Assembly (NCBI GenBank): GCA_964511345.1
Contig: CAZEEV010000001.1
Span: forward strand, 220,342 to 284,341
Direction: 5' to 3'
Origin: an uncultured Pseudomonadales bacterium
GTDB lineage: Bacteria > Patescibacteriota > Microgenomatia > UBA1400 > PJMF01
DNA length: 64,000 bases
Of the stretch, positions 1 to 10,393 are shown piece after piece. Each line of letters starts with the position of its first letter. The stretch's first letter is position 1. A model generated the notes under the pieces. It searched no databases, was not told where the DNA came from, and worked only from the letters and a program-made list of their open reading frames with translations. A program made the translations under genes and the position numbers.

Positions 1-1135
1 AACTAAACAAACAAATTTGTCTAGCCACTCTTGCTCCTTCTCGAGCATAGAGGACCGGATCGACCAAAAGATTGTATCCTTTTGCCTTTAATTTGTCAAT
101 TAAGCTCTCAAGAGAATAAATTCTTTTATCTGTTTGCACTTTTGGAAAGACAATGGCCACAACAGCCCCATCATTGAGAATATTAGCAAAAGCTTTAAAA
201 GAACCTAAATACATCTTTTCAAGGCCTTTAAAAACATTAGCTAGTTCTTGATCTTTTGGAGTTTGTTTGCCTAAAAATGGCTCAGTGACTAAAAGATCAA
301 CTTTTTTAGCGAAATTTTCTGGATTGATATGACTGGCATCCATATAAAAAACTTTACTTTCTATATCAATGGAGTATTCTTTTTTAAACCATTCCAAATT
401 ATCTCGAGTGCCAAAGACTGCATTCTGATCGATATCTGAACCATAAATATCTAAATGTCTCATGCCTGCCTCAAGTAAAACAGTGCCAGTGCCACAAAAT
501 GGATCGTAGAGTAGTGGTTTGCCAGTGTTTTTTTCCTGCCACAAGCCTAAAGCAATATTAACCATCATCCGAGCTACTTTAGGAGGTAGCATGCCTTTTT
601 TACGATCTGCATAGGGCTTGGCACGATCACGGTTAGTCCAATCATCAATGTCTTGAACACCTCTGATTTGAGCCAGCAACAACTTACCTTCTTCAATTAA
701 ATTAAAACTCAATAATTCAGTAGCCTCTGATTTATGAGAAAGTAATGCACTCTCACTTGGATCACCAGAGAAATAGCGAGCTTTTTTACCATTTTCTTTG
801 ATTAAATCTTTGATATCAGCGTTACTAATTGATTTTTGACCTTTGCCAATTTGGGTAAAAGTAAAATATGGCGCATCTGTCTGAGACAGTAACAAAGCCA
901 CTATCTCTTCAACCAGTTTTTCATCTTCGATTTGATTATCAATCTCTTTAACAATTTCAAACAACTTAACTGAACCGCCTAAAATACTGATCATCGAATT
1001 AGCTACATCAGAATCACCTTCAAAAAGGAAAAGGTGTTTGTCTAATTGAGTGAGAGGATAATCTTGATAAACAGATTCAAACTCTAATTTGGATAAAAGA
1101 GTGGTGTTACCAAAAAGAATTAGGAATTTAGACAT
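1..1135 (-). CDS. SAM-dependent RNA methyltransferase, Trm11/THUMP-like (3' end outside window)
   Basis: Manual translation from ATG 1135 (MSKFLILFGNT...); motifs RDRAKPYADRKKGMLPPKVARMMVN, YDPFCGTGT, GSDID, VTEPFLG. Confidence 0.8.
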   Translation of the reverse strand, partial: MSKFLILFGNTTLLSKLEFESVYQDYPLTQLDKHLFLFEGDSDVANSMISILGGSVKLFEIVKEIDNQIEDEKLVEEIVALLLSQTDAPYFTFTQIGKGQKSISNADIKDLIKENGKKARYFSGDPSESALLSHKSEATELLSFNLIEEGKLLLAQIRGVQDIDDWTNRDRAKPYADRKKGMLPPKVARMMVNIALGLWQEKNTGKPLLYDPFCGTGTVLLEAGMRHLDIYGSDIDQNAVFGTRDNLEWFKKEYSIDIESKVFYMDASHINPENFAKKVDLLVTEPFLGKQTPKDQELANVFKGLEKMYLGSFKAFANILNDGAVVAIVFPKVQTDKRIYSLESLIDKLKAKGYNLLVDPVLYAREGARVARQICLFS

Positions 1136-1158
1136 AACGGACAGTTGAGTACTAATTC

Positions 1159-1473
1159 TTAAGCAATCTTAAGAACTTTGACAGTACTCTGATACTGGCG
1201 GTGACCTTGCACCTTACGGTATCTGGATTTAGATTTATATTTGGCGACACGAATTTTCTCGCCTTTTTGGCTGGAAACCAATTCACAAGAAACTTTAGCA
1301 CCATCGACTAGAGGCTGACCGACTTTACGATCTGCTTCGCTGACCACTAATAAAACATCACTGACATCAAATTTGCTGCCAACTTCTTTATCTAATTGAT
1401 CAACCAAAAATTCATCGCCTTCCTGGACCATGAATTGTTTTCCTTGTAATTGAATGATTGCGTACTTTGACAT
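1159..1473 (-). CDS. rplU: 50S ribosomal protein L21
   Basis: YAIIQLQGKQFMV, KYKSKSRYRKVQGHRQ. Confidence 0.97.
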   Translation of the reverse strand: MSKYAIIQLQGKQFMVQEGDEFLVDQLDKEVGSKFDVSDVLLVVSEADRKVGQPLVDGAKVSCELVSSQKGEKIRVAKYKSKSRYRKVQGHRQYQSTVKVLKIA

Positions 1474-1497
1474 AACGAGGTTGAATTATATCAGATA

Positions 1498-2592
1498 CTA
1501 ATAAAAAATGAAGTTTGGCTTTTTCTTAAAATTTTTAGCAATAGATTGAGCAATACCAAGAGCAAAAAATAAAGAAATAACACTACTGCCTCCATAAGAA
1601 AGAAATGGCAAAGTGATGCCGGTAATTGGCAAAATTGCTAAGTTCATACCTACATTAATAAAAATTTGTATCAAAAACATCATAAATAAAACCAATAAAT
1701 AAAGCTTCTCGCCAAAATCGTCTATTTTGTAAGCCAAAGATAAAAGAAAAAATAATAATAAAAAATATAAAGTAAGTAAAAAACTAGCCCCAACAAAACC
1801 CCATTCTTCAGCAAAAGAGGCAAAAATAAAGTCAGTTTGCCTCTCTGGCAAAAAGCGTAAATGTGATTGTACCCCCTGACCAATACCACGACCCCAAAAT
1901 TGACCGCTACCAACAGCAATCAAGGCTTGGCGCGCGTTATAAGCGCTACTGCTTTCTTTAACATCAGCTTGCAAATCAATTGAAGTTTGATGTAAATGTA
2001 AAAACCCTAACAGTCTATTTTTTTGATAATCTTTGAAAACCAAAAACCAAAGCGCCATTAAGGCCAAAAAACCTATAGAAAATAGGGTTAAAATTTGTTT
2101 AAAGTCGAGTTTATTAAAAAATAGAAAAATTGCTAAAGCAGCAGAAAAAACCAAAACCGTGCCGAAATCGGGCTCCAATAAAATTAAGATTGCCGGCAAA
2201 GAAATAATAGCCAAAGTTTGAATTAATAGTGACCAATTGAATTTTTGCTTCTTTTTGAAAAAATTAATCAGATACAAAGCAGTAATCGGCACCGCCAATT
2301 GAGAAGGTTGAAATTTAAAACCAAAAGGTAAAACTATCCAAGCAGAAATTCCTCTAGTAATTGAGCCATAAACCAATAGAAACAACAAAGACAGATTGAG
2401 AAATAGGTAAAGCCATTTGGATATTCCCACATGAAAAGTAAACGGCAACTTACTAGAGAGAAAGAAAACTGCAAAAGCCAGTCCAAAAGCAATCGCTTGC
2501 TTATAAAGCAAATTTGGCACAATGCTGCGCAGAGTCGTTAAAGACAACACTGCAAAAAGAAACAGTATTCCAAACAAAAAATATTTGCGCAT
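1498..2592 (-). CDS. rodA: SEDS family peptidoglycan glycosyltransferase RodA
   Basis: FQPSQ, EPDFGT, GSGQFWGRG, LPERQTDFIFA, GITLPFLSYGGSS; stands apart from ftsW of the dcw cluster. Confidence 0.85.
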   Translation of the reverse strand: MRKYFLFGILFLFAVLSLTTLRSIVPNLLYKQAIAFGLAFAVFFLSSKLPFTFHVGISKWLYLFLNLSLLFLLVYGSITRGISAWIVLPFGFKFQPSQLAVPITALYLINFFKKKQKFNWSLLIQTLAIISLPAILILLEPDFGTVLVFSAALAIFLFFNKLDFKQILTLFSIGFLALMALWFLVFKDYQKNRLLGFLHLHQTSIDLQADVKESSSAYNARQALIAVGSGQFWGRGIGQGVQSHLRFLPERQTDFIFASFAEEWGFVGASFLLTLYFLLLFFLLSLAYKIDDFGEKLYLLVLFMMFLIQIFINVGMNLAILPITGITLPFLSYGGSSVISLFFALGIAQSIAKNFKKKPNFIFY

Positions 2593-2605
2593 TTATTTTT
2601 TTACT

Positions 2606-5479
2606 TTAATCAAGCAATAATTTTGTCTCTATACCTTGCTTAATTTTAGTATTGGTTTTATCTTCAATCTCTTGTTTAAAAGCCTCTGGCCAGTTAGCTA
2701 ACTGCAAATCAACAACTTGATTTACATCTAATTTGGCTTCTTTGCGCAGATCTTGAATCTGGCGGATCAACTCTCTAGCTTCGCCTTCTGCTTTCAATTC
2801 TGCGGTTAAATTGAAATCATAATCAACTTCCAAATCACCAGCTTCTTTTAACCACTCCACATTTTTAACATTAATTTCTGCCTTCAACAACTCTTCTAAT
2901 TCTTTACGATAAACCATTTTACCAAAACCACTAACCTTCAAGCTCACCAAAGGCTGACGAGCTTTAATTTGCTTAAGTTTACGCAAGGCGTGAGCTACCT
3001 CCACAATTTTGCGCAAAGTTGACATTGAGTTTTCTAACTCTAAATCAACAAATTGCTCTCGATATTGGGGAAAATCAGTTAAATGAATCGAGCTTTTTTC
3101 ATCGATCATATTATGGTGAATTAATTCCGTAAAAAATGGCACAATTGGCGCAAAAGCTTTAGCGATTTCGTACAGAACAGTCGCAAAAACTTGACTCACT
3201 TCTTGATTATCTTTAGCTTTGATTCTTTCTCTGGAAGAACGCAAATACCAAGTCGATAATTCATCAATAAATGGAGCCAATAAACGACTAGCTTTCATCA
3301 CATCATATCGATCTAATTGTGTTGTGAGTTCTCGAATTACACTCTGCAAACGACTCAAAATCCAACGATCTAATAAGTTGCTCGGTTTTTGGCCAGCTTC
3401 TAAATCAAAGAAGCCAGACTCTTGGTTGCCAAAAGTTTTGTAAAAAGCCAAAACATTCCACCAAATCACGAAAACTCGACGACGCAAATTAACTACATCT
3501 TTTTCTGCAAAATTAAGTGTCTCAGCTTTAACTGCTGGAGAAGACATTAAATAAAGACGTAGAGCATCAGCTCCATATTTTTCCAAAACTTCTCCTGGTT
3601 CTGGATAGTTTTTCAAGCGCTTGCTCATCTTCTTGCCATCTTCAGCCATAATCAAGCCAGTACACATGACGTTTTTGAAAGCGCTACTTTTTTTCTCACT
3701 AGTTAAAGTCAAAGCCGTAGCTAAAACATGCAAAGTATAAAACCAACCACGAGTCTGATCTTGTCCTTCAGAAATAAAATCAGCTGGGAAGGAACGCTTG
3801 AAGGCCTCTTGATTAGCAAAAGGAAAATGCAACTCACCATAAGGCATAGAGCCTGATTCAAACCAGCAGTCCAGAACTTCTGGAATATGACGGTAAGTCT
3901 TACCATCTTTTTTAAACTCGATTTTATCGACGATGTGTTTATGCAAATCGCTAACTTTTTGACCAGAAAGTTGTTCCAACTCTTCAGCAGAACCAACACA
4001 AATAAAATCGCCAGCTTCACTTTCCCAAACTGGCAGAGGAGTACCCCAATAACGATTGCGTGAAATCGCCCAATCTCTGGCTCCTTCTAACCATTTACCA
4101 AAACGACCATGTTTAATATGATCTGGCTCCCAGTTAATCTTTTCATTATTAGCTAACAATTGATCCTTAAAAGAACTGACTTTAACGTACCAACTATCAG
4201 TTGCGTAGTTAAGGAGTGGGGTATCACAACGCCAACAGTGTGGATAGCTGTGCTCAATTTTCTTCTTAGCAAAAAGATTACCATGAGTTGCTAGATATTT
4301 AATGATTTCTATGTCTATTCCCTGAGGATTATCTTTTGGTTTGACTTCCATGCCTGCAAAATCAGTCACCTGGTTAATAAAACGACCATCCATACCTACG
4401 TGTTGTAGCAACTCGATACCTTCAGCTTTGCCAACGTTGTAATCGTCTTCACCAAAAGCAGGTGCGATGTGCACAATTCCAGTTCCATCATCTAAAGTCA
4501 CAAAGTCTCCAGCAACAACACGAAAAGCATTACTCCATTTAGCAAAATAGGGAAAAATTGGCTCATAAGTCAAACCAACTAACTGGCTACCTTTAAAACT
4601 CTGGCCAATTATTTCAAATTTTTTATCCGCCATGACTTCTAATAGGCGTTCTTTGGCTATTACAAATAAACCATTTTCTTCCTCAACTTTAACTAAAACA
4701 TAATCTAAATCTGCACCAACTGCTAACAACACATTACCTGGTAGTGTCCAAGGAGTAGTTGTCCAAGCTACAGCGTAAATTGATTCATTAGTATCGACGC
4801 CTAGTTTTGTGATGGCACCATGTAATTTAAATTTAGCAAAAACCGAAATATCTTTAACATCCTTATAGCCCTGAGTCACTTCGAAATTTGACAAAGGCGT
4901 GCCACAACGAGGACAGATGTGCATGGATTTGTGACTTTTGTAAATTAAGCCTTTATCCCACAGTTGACGGAAGACCCACCAAACTGTTTCCATAAAATCT
5001 TTGTCCATAGTTTTATAAGCGTGATCCATATCAATCCAACGCCCAATGCGACGAATAGTTTTTTTCCATTCTTCCGCATAAGTTAAAACTGTTTGACGAC
5101 AAGCTTCATTAAATTTATCAACTCCATAGCCTTCAATGTCTTTCTTACTATCTAGATTCAATTCTTTTTCGATAATGTTTTCGACAGGTAAACCATGACA
5201 ATCCCAACCCCAAACACGACGGACTCTTTTACCTTTCATCGTCTGGTAACGAGGAATAAGATCCTTGATGATTGATTGCATTAAATGACCATAGTGAGGT
5301 AAACCAGTCGCAAATGGAGGACCATCATAGAAAGAGAATGAGTTGTCGACGCTTCTTTGATCAATTGATTTTTGAAAAGTTTGATCATCATCCCAAAACT
5401 GAAGAGTTTCACTTTCTAACTCTGGAAGGTTTGGTACTTGTTTAAAATCTGTAATTTTCATTTTTTCCTTATGAACCAT
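2606..5479 (-). CDS. ileS: Isoleucine--tRNA ligase (type 2)
   Basis: DGPPFATGLPHYGH, WDCHGLPVE, GQDQTRGWFY, KMSKR. Confidence 0.97.
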   Translation of the reverse strand: MVHKEKMKITDFKQVPNLPELESETLQFWDDDQTFQKSIDQRSVDNSFSFYDGPPFATGLPHYGHLMQSIIKDLIPRYQTMKGKRVRRVWGWDCHGLPVENIIEKELNLDSKKDIEGYGVDKFNEACRQTVLTYAEEWKKTIRRIGRWIDMDHAYKTMDKDFMETVWWVFRQLWDKGLIYKSHKSMHICPRCGTPLSNFEVTQGYKDVKDISVFAKFKLHGAITKLGVDTNESIYAVAWTTTPWTLPGNVLLAVGADLDYVLVKVEEENGLFVIAKERLLEVMADKKFEIIGQSFKGSQLVGLTYEPIFPYFAKWSNAFRVVAGDFVTLDDGTGIVHIAPAFGEDDYNVGKAEGIELLQHVGMDGRFINQVTDFAGMEVKPKDNPQGIDIEIIKYLATHGNLFAKKKIEHSYPHCWRCDTPLLNYATDSWYVKVSSFKDQLLANNEKINWEPDHIKHGRFGKWLEGARDWAISRNRYWGTPLPVWESEAGDFICVGSAEELEQLSGQKVSDLHKHIVDKIEFKKDGKTYRHIPEVLDCWFESGSMPYGELHFPFANQEAFKRSFPADFISEGQDQTRGWFYTLHVLATALTLTSEKKSSAFKNVMCTGLIMAEDGKKMSKRLKNYPEPGEVLEKYGADALRLYLMSSPAVKAETLNFAEKDVVNLRRRVFVIWWNVLAFYKTFGNQESGFFDLEAGQKPSNLLDRWILSRLQSVIRELTTQLDRYDVMKASRLLAPFIDELSTWYLRSSRERIKAKDNQEVSQVFATVLYEIAKAFAPIVPFFTELIHHNMIDEKSSIHLTDFPQYREQFVDLELENSMSTLRKIVEVAHALRKLKQIKARQPLVSLKVSGFGKMVYRKELEELLKAEINVKNVEWLKEAGDLEVDYDFNLTAELKAEGEARELIRQIQDLRKEAKLDVNQVVDLQLANWPEAFKQEIEDKTNTKIKQGIETKLLLD

Positions 5480-5494
5480 GGTATTCTTACTACT

Positions 5495-5540
5495 AAAAAA
5501 GCCTGCTCAAAAACGAAATTTTTATCGTTTTTAAGCAGGC
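5495..5540 (-). terminator. Intrinsic terminator of the ileS T-box
   Basis: GCCTGCTTAAAAACGA...TCGTTTTTGAGCAGGC followed by TTTTTT. Confidence 0.85.
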
Positions 5541-5680
5541 TCATCTTTTTACTAGACGAAGGTACCAGCCTTGCTAATACTTGATTTGGAGTGATTACGG
5601 GCTCAACCGATCTGGTTTACTCACTTTTTCATTTCAAAAAAGTTTTCTGCAGACACCTCACCGTGGATAGCGGCTAAAAA
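5495..5680 (-). promoter_or_regulatory. T-box riboswitch leader of ileS (ultrashort Stem I, Ile specifier ATC)
   Basis: Minus strand: CCG-CTATCCA-CGG hairpin (ATC at 5666-5668), Stem II with AGAAAAC/AGTAAA, GCCCGT, antiterminator AGGC-TGGTACC..TCGTC/GATGA-GCCT overlapping the terminator. Confidence 0.85.
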
Positions 5681-5782
5681 GGTTTTAAATACTAAGGAAA
5701 TTATATTTTGAACCCTGTCTTTTTGCAAAAGCAAAAAGCAGATGGTGCAAAAGATGCTGTGCATAACACGAAAGAAAAAAGA

Positions 5783-7084
5783 TTATCTATCTCGCAAAAA
5801 AGCTGGAACATCAAATTCTGCAAACTCATCTTCTGTTTCAACATCTTCTTTTTTATCACTTTGATCATCGCGCTTTTTTTCATCTTTTTTACGTAAATTG
5901 AAGAGAGCTGACCTGACAAAAGGATTATGACTTTCCTCTTCAACCTCTTCCTTCTTAGGCTTTGCGGTTACTATTTGTGGCTGAGTAAAACCACTGGGAG
6001 TGCGATCAATTTTGTCTTCCTCAACTTCCTCATCTGACTTTTTATAAGTCGCGGTGGGGCCACTCATTTTACGGCGAGATTCTCGACTATAAGCTCCGAA
6101 CATCGCTCGTGGACCAGAACCAGAATAGCTATCGCCAAAACCTGTAGCAATGACACTAATTTTAATTTTGGAACCCATATTTTCGTCGATTGTGGCACCG
6201 AAAATAATATTGGCATCTGGATCAGCACTATCAGCAATCACCGCCGAAGCATCTGAGATTTCACTCATCGCCATATCTGGACCACCAGTAATGTTGTAAA
6301 GAATACCCTTGGCCCCATCGATGGAAATTTCTAAGAGTGGGGAAGAAACAGCCATGCGAGCAGCCACTACAGCGCGATCTTCACCAGAAGCTTCACCAAT
6401 ACCCATTAGGGCAGAACCAGAATCAACCATAATTGTTTTTACGTCAGCAAAATCAACATTGATCATACCGGCAATAGTAATTAAGTCGGAAATACCTTTC
6501 ACACCTTGTCCAAGTACATTATCAGCTAAACGGAAGGCATCGATAAAAGTCATTTTCTTATCAATCACTTCTAATAAGCGTTGATTAGGAATAACAATTA
6601 AAGTATCAACAGTGTCAGTTAAAGCCTCAATACCCTCATCAGCGGTTTGCATACGACGAATACCTTCAAAAGCAAAAGGTTTGGTGACGACAGCCACAGT
6701 CAGCGCACCCGCTTCTTTGGCGATTTCGGCGATAATTGGAGCAGCACCTGTACCAGTGCCACCACCCATACCAGCGGTGATAAAAACCATATCAGTATCA
6801 AAGAGCAAATCTTTGAGTTTCTCACGACTTTCTTCAGCAGCGGTGCGACCAACTTCTGGGTCGGCACCAGCGCCCAAACCTCTGGTAAAATTGCTACCAA
6901 TTTGCATTTTGGTTTCTGCTTTGGAGGTTAAAAGAGCCTGAGCATCAGTATTAACTGTAATAAATTCCACCCCATTAATTTGCTTGGAAAGAATCATGGA
7001 ATTGACAGCATTGCTACCGCCACCGCCCACACCGATCACTTTAATTTTGGCAAAAGTAGTATTTGAAGGTTTAACGAGTCCCAT
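5783..7084 (-). CDS. ftsZ: Cell division protein FtsZ
   Basis: [25 protein letters not shown]-terminal FDVPAFLR. Confidence 0.99.
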   Translation of the reverse strand: MGLVKPSNTTFAKIKVIGVGGGGSNAVNSMILSKQINGVEFITVNTDAQALLTSKAETKMQIGSNFTRGLGAGADPEVGRTAAEESREKLKDLLFDTDMVFITAGMGGGTGTGAAPIIAEIAKEAGALTVAVVTKPFAFEGIRRMQTADEGIEALTDTVDTLIVIPNQRLLEVIDKKMTFIDAFRLADNVLGQGVKGISDLITIAGMINVDFADVKTIMVDSGSALMGIGEASGEDRAVVAARMAVSSPLLEISIDGAKGILYNITGGPDMAMSEISDASAVIADSADPDANIIFGATIDENMGSKIKISVIATGFGDSYSGSGPRAMFGAYSRESRRKMSGPTATYKKSDEEVEEDKIDRTPSGFTQPQIVTAKPKKEEVEEESHNPFVRSALFNLRKKDEKKRDDQSDKKEDVETEDEFAEFDVPAFLRDR

Positions 7085-7177
7085 GGTTTTTAGTCTTTCT
7101 TAAGATATCAAACTACAACATAAATTAGCTGATTTTTCCTAAAAAGTAAACTGGCAATAATCAAATTGAAGTTTATT

Positions 7178-8488
7178 TTAAGGCAAAATCGATTTAGTTG
7201 ATTTTTTTAATTTATCAAAAACATTTTTAAATAAATCTTTCGGTAAAAGAGCCTGCCAATTAAAATCTTCACTTACTGCCGTCACATTACCTTGCTTCAG
7301 AGCATAATCCAACAAACCAACTGAAACCGCAAAATTAGGTTTTTTAATATCCTCAGTCAAACCTTCAATTTCCTCTGGATACGCCACTCTCACCGGCAAA
7401 TTACTAACTTTTTTGGCCACCTCTGTCAAAGCAGCAGTCATGGCACCACCTCCAGTTAAAACCAAACCGGCTGGAATTTTATTGTCTGTCAGTAAATCCG
7501 CTTTTTCTAACTCTTGCATCACTAAACGAAAGATTTCTCTGACGCGAGGTTCCATAATTCCACTAGTGAGAGTTTTTTTAGATAGAAAATCGTTATGACT
7601 AATTCCAACTTTTTCTGGATCAATTAAATCCAATTTACGCTTTCTCTTGGTAAAATCTGCTTTCGATTCACCAGGATAAGGTTTTAAATCGTCAACGCCA
7701 TTATCAGTTAAATAAAGCTTAAGTTTTTCTGCATCGTCCATGGGAATACGACAGCCCAAGGCAATATCTTGAGTAATATGTTTAGCACCAATCGGCAAAA
7801 CCGCTGAAAAAGCTAAAGTTCCTTCAACATAAGCTACCATACTGGTCGTGCCAGCTCCAATGTCGACTAGAACCGCTCCTAATTCTTTTTCAGTCTCAGT
7901 TAGAGCAATTTGTGAAGCAGCTAGAGCAGAGAAAACAAAAGCATCAACTTTAATGCCCATATCGTTAATACATTTCTCTAAATTACGCATTGCCGTAGTT
8001 AAACCAGTAATAATATGTGCTTCAGCCTCCAGTCTGACTCCGGTCATCCCAACGGGATCTTTAACTCCATCCTGAGAATCAACTTTAAAATCTTTAGGAA
8101 TGACGTGGATAATTTCACGATCAGCTGGCATGGATACTGCTCTGGCAGCTTCGATCACTCGATCAACATCACTGTGAGTAATTTCTTGATCGCTAGCGGC
8201 CACTGCCACCACCCCTCTGGAATTCTTATATTTAATATGTACTCCAGAAATAGACACCACTGCATTTTTCACACTAAAACCAGCCATTCTTTCTGCTGCA
8301 TCCAAACCTTGACTCATAGTGTTAAGCACTTGTTCTAAATCAATAATCATGCTGCGCTTCATGCCTCTGGCAGGCACCACTGAGAAGCCTAGCACCTGTA
8401 ATTTATTACTTTCTGTTACCCGAGAAATTAGGGTTGTGCATTTATCACTTCCCAAATCTATGGCTGTTATCACTTGTTCTTTACTCAT
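7178..8488 (-). CDS. ftsA: Cell division protein FtsA
   Basis: AIDLGSDK, VDIGAGTT, LTGGGA; directly upstream of ftsZ. Confidence 0.97.
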   Translation of the reverse strand: MSKEQVITAIDLGSDKCTTLISRVTESNKLQVLGFSVVPARGMKRSMIIDLEQVLNTMSQGLDAAERMAGFSVKNAVVSISGVHIKYKNSRGVVAVAASDQEITHSDVDRVIEAARAVSMPADREIIHVIPKDFKVDSQDGVKDPVGMTGVRLEAEAHIITGLTTAMRNLEKCINDMGIKVDAFVFSALAASQIALTETEKELGAVLVDIGAGTTSMVAYVEGTLAFSAVLPIGAKHITQDIALGCRIPMDDAEKLKLYLTDNGVDDLKPYPGESKADFTKRKRKLDLIDPEKVGISHNDFLSKKTLTSGIMEPRVREIFRLVMQELEKADLLTDNKIPAGLVLTGGGAMTAALTEVAKKVSNLPVRVAYPEEIEGLTEDIKKPNFAVSVGLLDYALKQGNVTAVSEDFNWQALLPKDLFKNVFDKLKKSTKSILP

Positions 8489-8540
8489 ATATTTTTACTT
8501 CACTCTCATCATAAACTATACAAAATTTTGGAGATAATGT

Positions 8541-9233
8541 CTATTCTTTTAACACTGGCAGATTAAAACGCATATCAAGAATTTTTTTAGTGGGCAAAAT
8601 AGTTTTTAATTCTTCTTTTTTCAAAATCAAAGCTAAGCGTTCTACTTGATAAGCAAAGTCTTTAGTGTTGTCCATAATAACCTCTATTTGATCAAGATAG
8701 AGATATATTTCTGAATCATTTTGCCAAACAATTTTTTTACTTATAATTTGTTGTTTATTTAAAGCCTGACTTAAAGCCAAAAATTGTTGATGATAGCCAT
8801 CTTCAAGATAGCCGTGTTGTTTGATACTCGGATCACCCATAAACTCTATGCTGGGTAAAGTTAAGCGTTCTTGATTATCTTTTAATTTGTTGCTCTGATT
8901 GAGTAAATATTGCTCTGAACCGATAACCAAACGATAATCTGGTAATTTGGCAATCAATGATAAATTAGCTGTTCCTGTCATGGATTTTTTAATTTTTTGA
9001 TATTGATAAACTTGACTAAATTGTTGATTACCAAGTAATTCTTCCCATACAGATTCATTTTCTAGATCAGTAAAAAATAAGGATTTCCCTTTTAATCGAT
9101 CATTTATTAATTCGCACACTCCAGTTTCTATGGTATTGCTCTCTAACAAACAATTAATTTTTCTGAAAACAAAAACGAAACGAAATAATAAAAAAAGAAT
9201 TAATAAAAAAATAACAAATCTCAGAATTTTCAC
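8541..9233 (-). CDS. FtsQ/DivIB-like cell division protein
   Basis: N-terminal TM segment, C-terminal LDMRFNLPV (FtsQ-like DLR), position between murG and ftsA. Confidence 0.65.
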   Translation of the reverse strand: MKILRFVIFLLILFLLFRFVFVFRKINCLLESNTIETGVCELINDRLKGKSLFFTDLENESVWEELLGNQQFSQVYQYQKIKKSMTGTANLSLIAKLPDYRLVIGSEQYLLNQSNKLKDNQERLTLPSIEFMGDPSIKQHGYLEDGYHQQFLALSQALNKQQIISKKIVWQNDSEIYLYLDQIEVIMDNTKDFAYQVERLALILKKEELKTILPTKKILDMRFNLPVLKE

Positions 9234-9235
9234 AA

Positions 9236-10372
9236 TTAAGCTGTTTCTTTATGCTTGTTTTGGTAAGTAGTTACTAAAAGTTGATAAAGCTTAGAACTTG
9301 CATTTTGATAAAGACTGTTTTTAGCTAGGCTTAAACGCATCTCTTTGTAATTTTTTTCTAAAAATTCAACACTATCAAGAAAAGTAACATTATTTAATTT
9401 TGTCTGTTGTAAAATTAGAGCACCGTTTACCTTCTGCATCGCCAACGCATTAGCTAATTGTTCATTTTGATAAGCATTTGCTAAGGGAATCAGAATAGCT
9501 GGCAAGGGAGCAAGAGATAATTCTAAAACTGCATTAGCGCCAGATCTAGAAATGGCAAATTTAGCATGTTGATAAATCCAAAACAAATCTTCTGCTTCAA
9601 TCCATTCTTTGACAAAATACCTCTCTCGTAAAGCCTTGGGCAGATGAGATTTAATTTCATCTAACTCCTTAAAAGAATCCTTAATTTTGTTGGCGCGACC
9701 ACATTGATGAATAATGCAATATTTTGTTAAAAGTTTTTCTAAATTATTTTTAATTAAATCATTAATCACAAAAGAACCTTGATTGCCACCCATGATTAAC
9801 AATAAGTCTTTCGCTGAAGTTGGCAGCCACTTAGGTCTTTTCAAATCTTTGGCAAATAATCTGGCCCTAATCGGATTACCAGTTAAAACCACATCTGATC
9901 TTTTTAAATACTGCTTAGTTTCTTCATAAGAAATCGCCACTTTATCTGCAATACCAGCAATAAATTTATTGGCTTTACCTAAAACCACTGTTTGCTCGTG
10001 AGTTATTACAGCAATACCCAAACTCTTAGCGGCAATAGCAAAGGGCACTGCTAAATAAGAACCAAAGGATAAGAATAAATCGATTTTTTCAGCTAATAAA
10101 ATTTTACGAGCTCTAGCAACAGTGCGCGGAAACATTAAAAAAGCACTAACTCGACTCAACAAAGAATAATTAACAAATTTAGCCGCTGTGAAAGGAATGA
10201 ATTTAACACCTCTTTTTTCCACCTCTTCTTTTTCAATTGCTTTCTGGCCAAGTTTCTCTTGACTATATAAACGACCAACAAAAAATAGCTGATGTTCTGA
10301 ATGATTGGCTTGAATGAAATCAATCATCGCTAAGGCCGGAGTTAAATGAGCACCACTAAATAAAATTCTCAT
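9236..10372 (-). CDS. murG: MurG glycosyltransferase
   Basis: HLTPALA, HEQT, TGNPIR, GGNQGS, SRSGA, EQLANA. Confidence 0.92.
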   Translation of the reverse strand: MRILFSGAHLTPALAMIDFIQANHSEHQLFFVGRLYSQEKLGQKAIEKEEVEKRGVKFIPFTAAKFVNYSLLSRVSAFLMFPRTVARARKILLAEKIDLFLSFGSYLAVPFAIAAKSLGIAVITHEQTVVLGKANKFIAGIADKVAISYEETKQYLKRSDVVLTGNPIRARLFAKDLKRPKWLPTSAKDLLLIMGGNQGSFVINDLIKNNLEKLLTKYCIIHQCGRANKIKDSFKELDEIKSHLPKALRERYFVKEWIEAEDLFWIYQHAKFAISRSGANAVLELSLAPLPAILIPLANAYQNEQLANALAMQKVNGALILQQTKLNNVTFLDSVEFLEKNYKEMRLSLAKNSLYQNASSKLYQLLVTTYQNKHKETA

Positions 10373-10393
10373 ATTTCTATTTCTTAAGCATTA

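Noticed and set aside
6309-8338. Antisense ORFs within ftsZ/ftsA (and similar shadows across the window)
   Set aside because: Shadow frames of strongly conserved genes.
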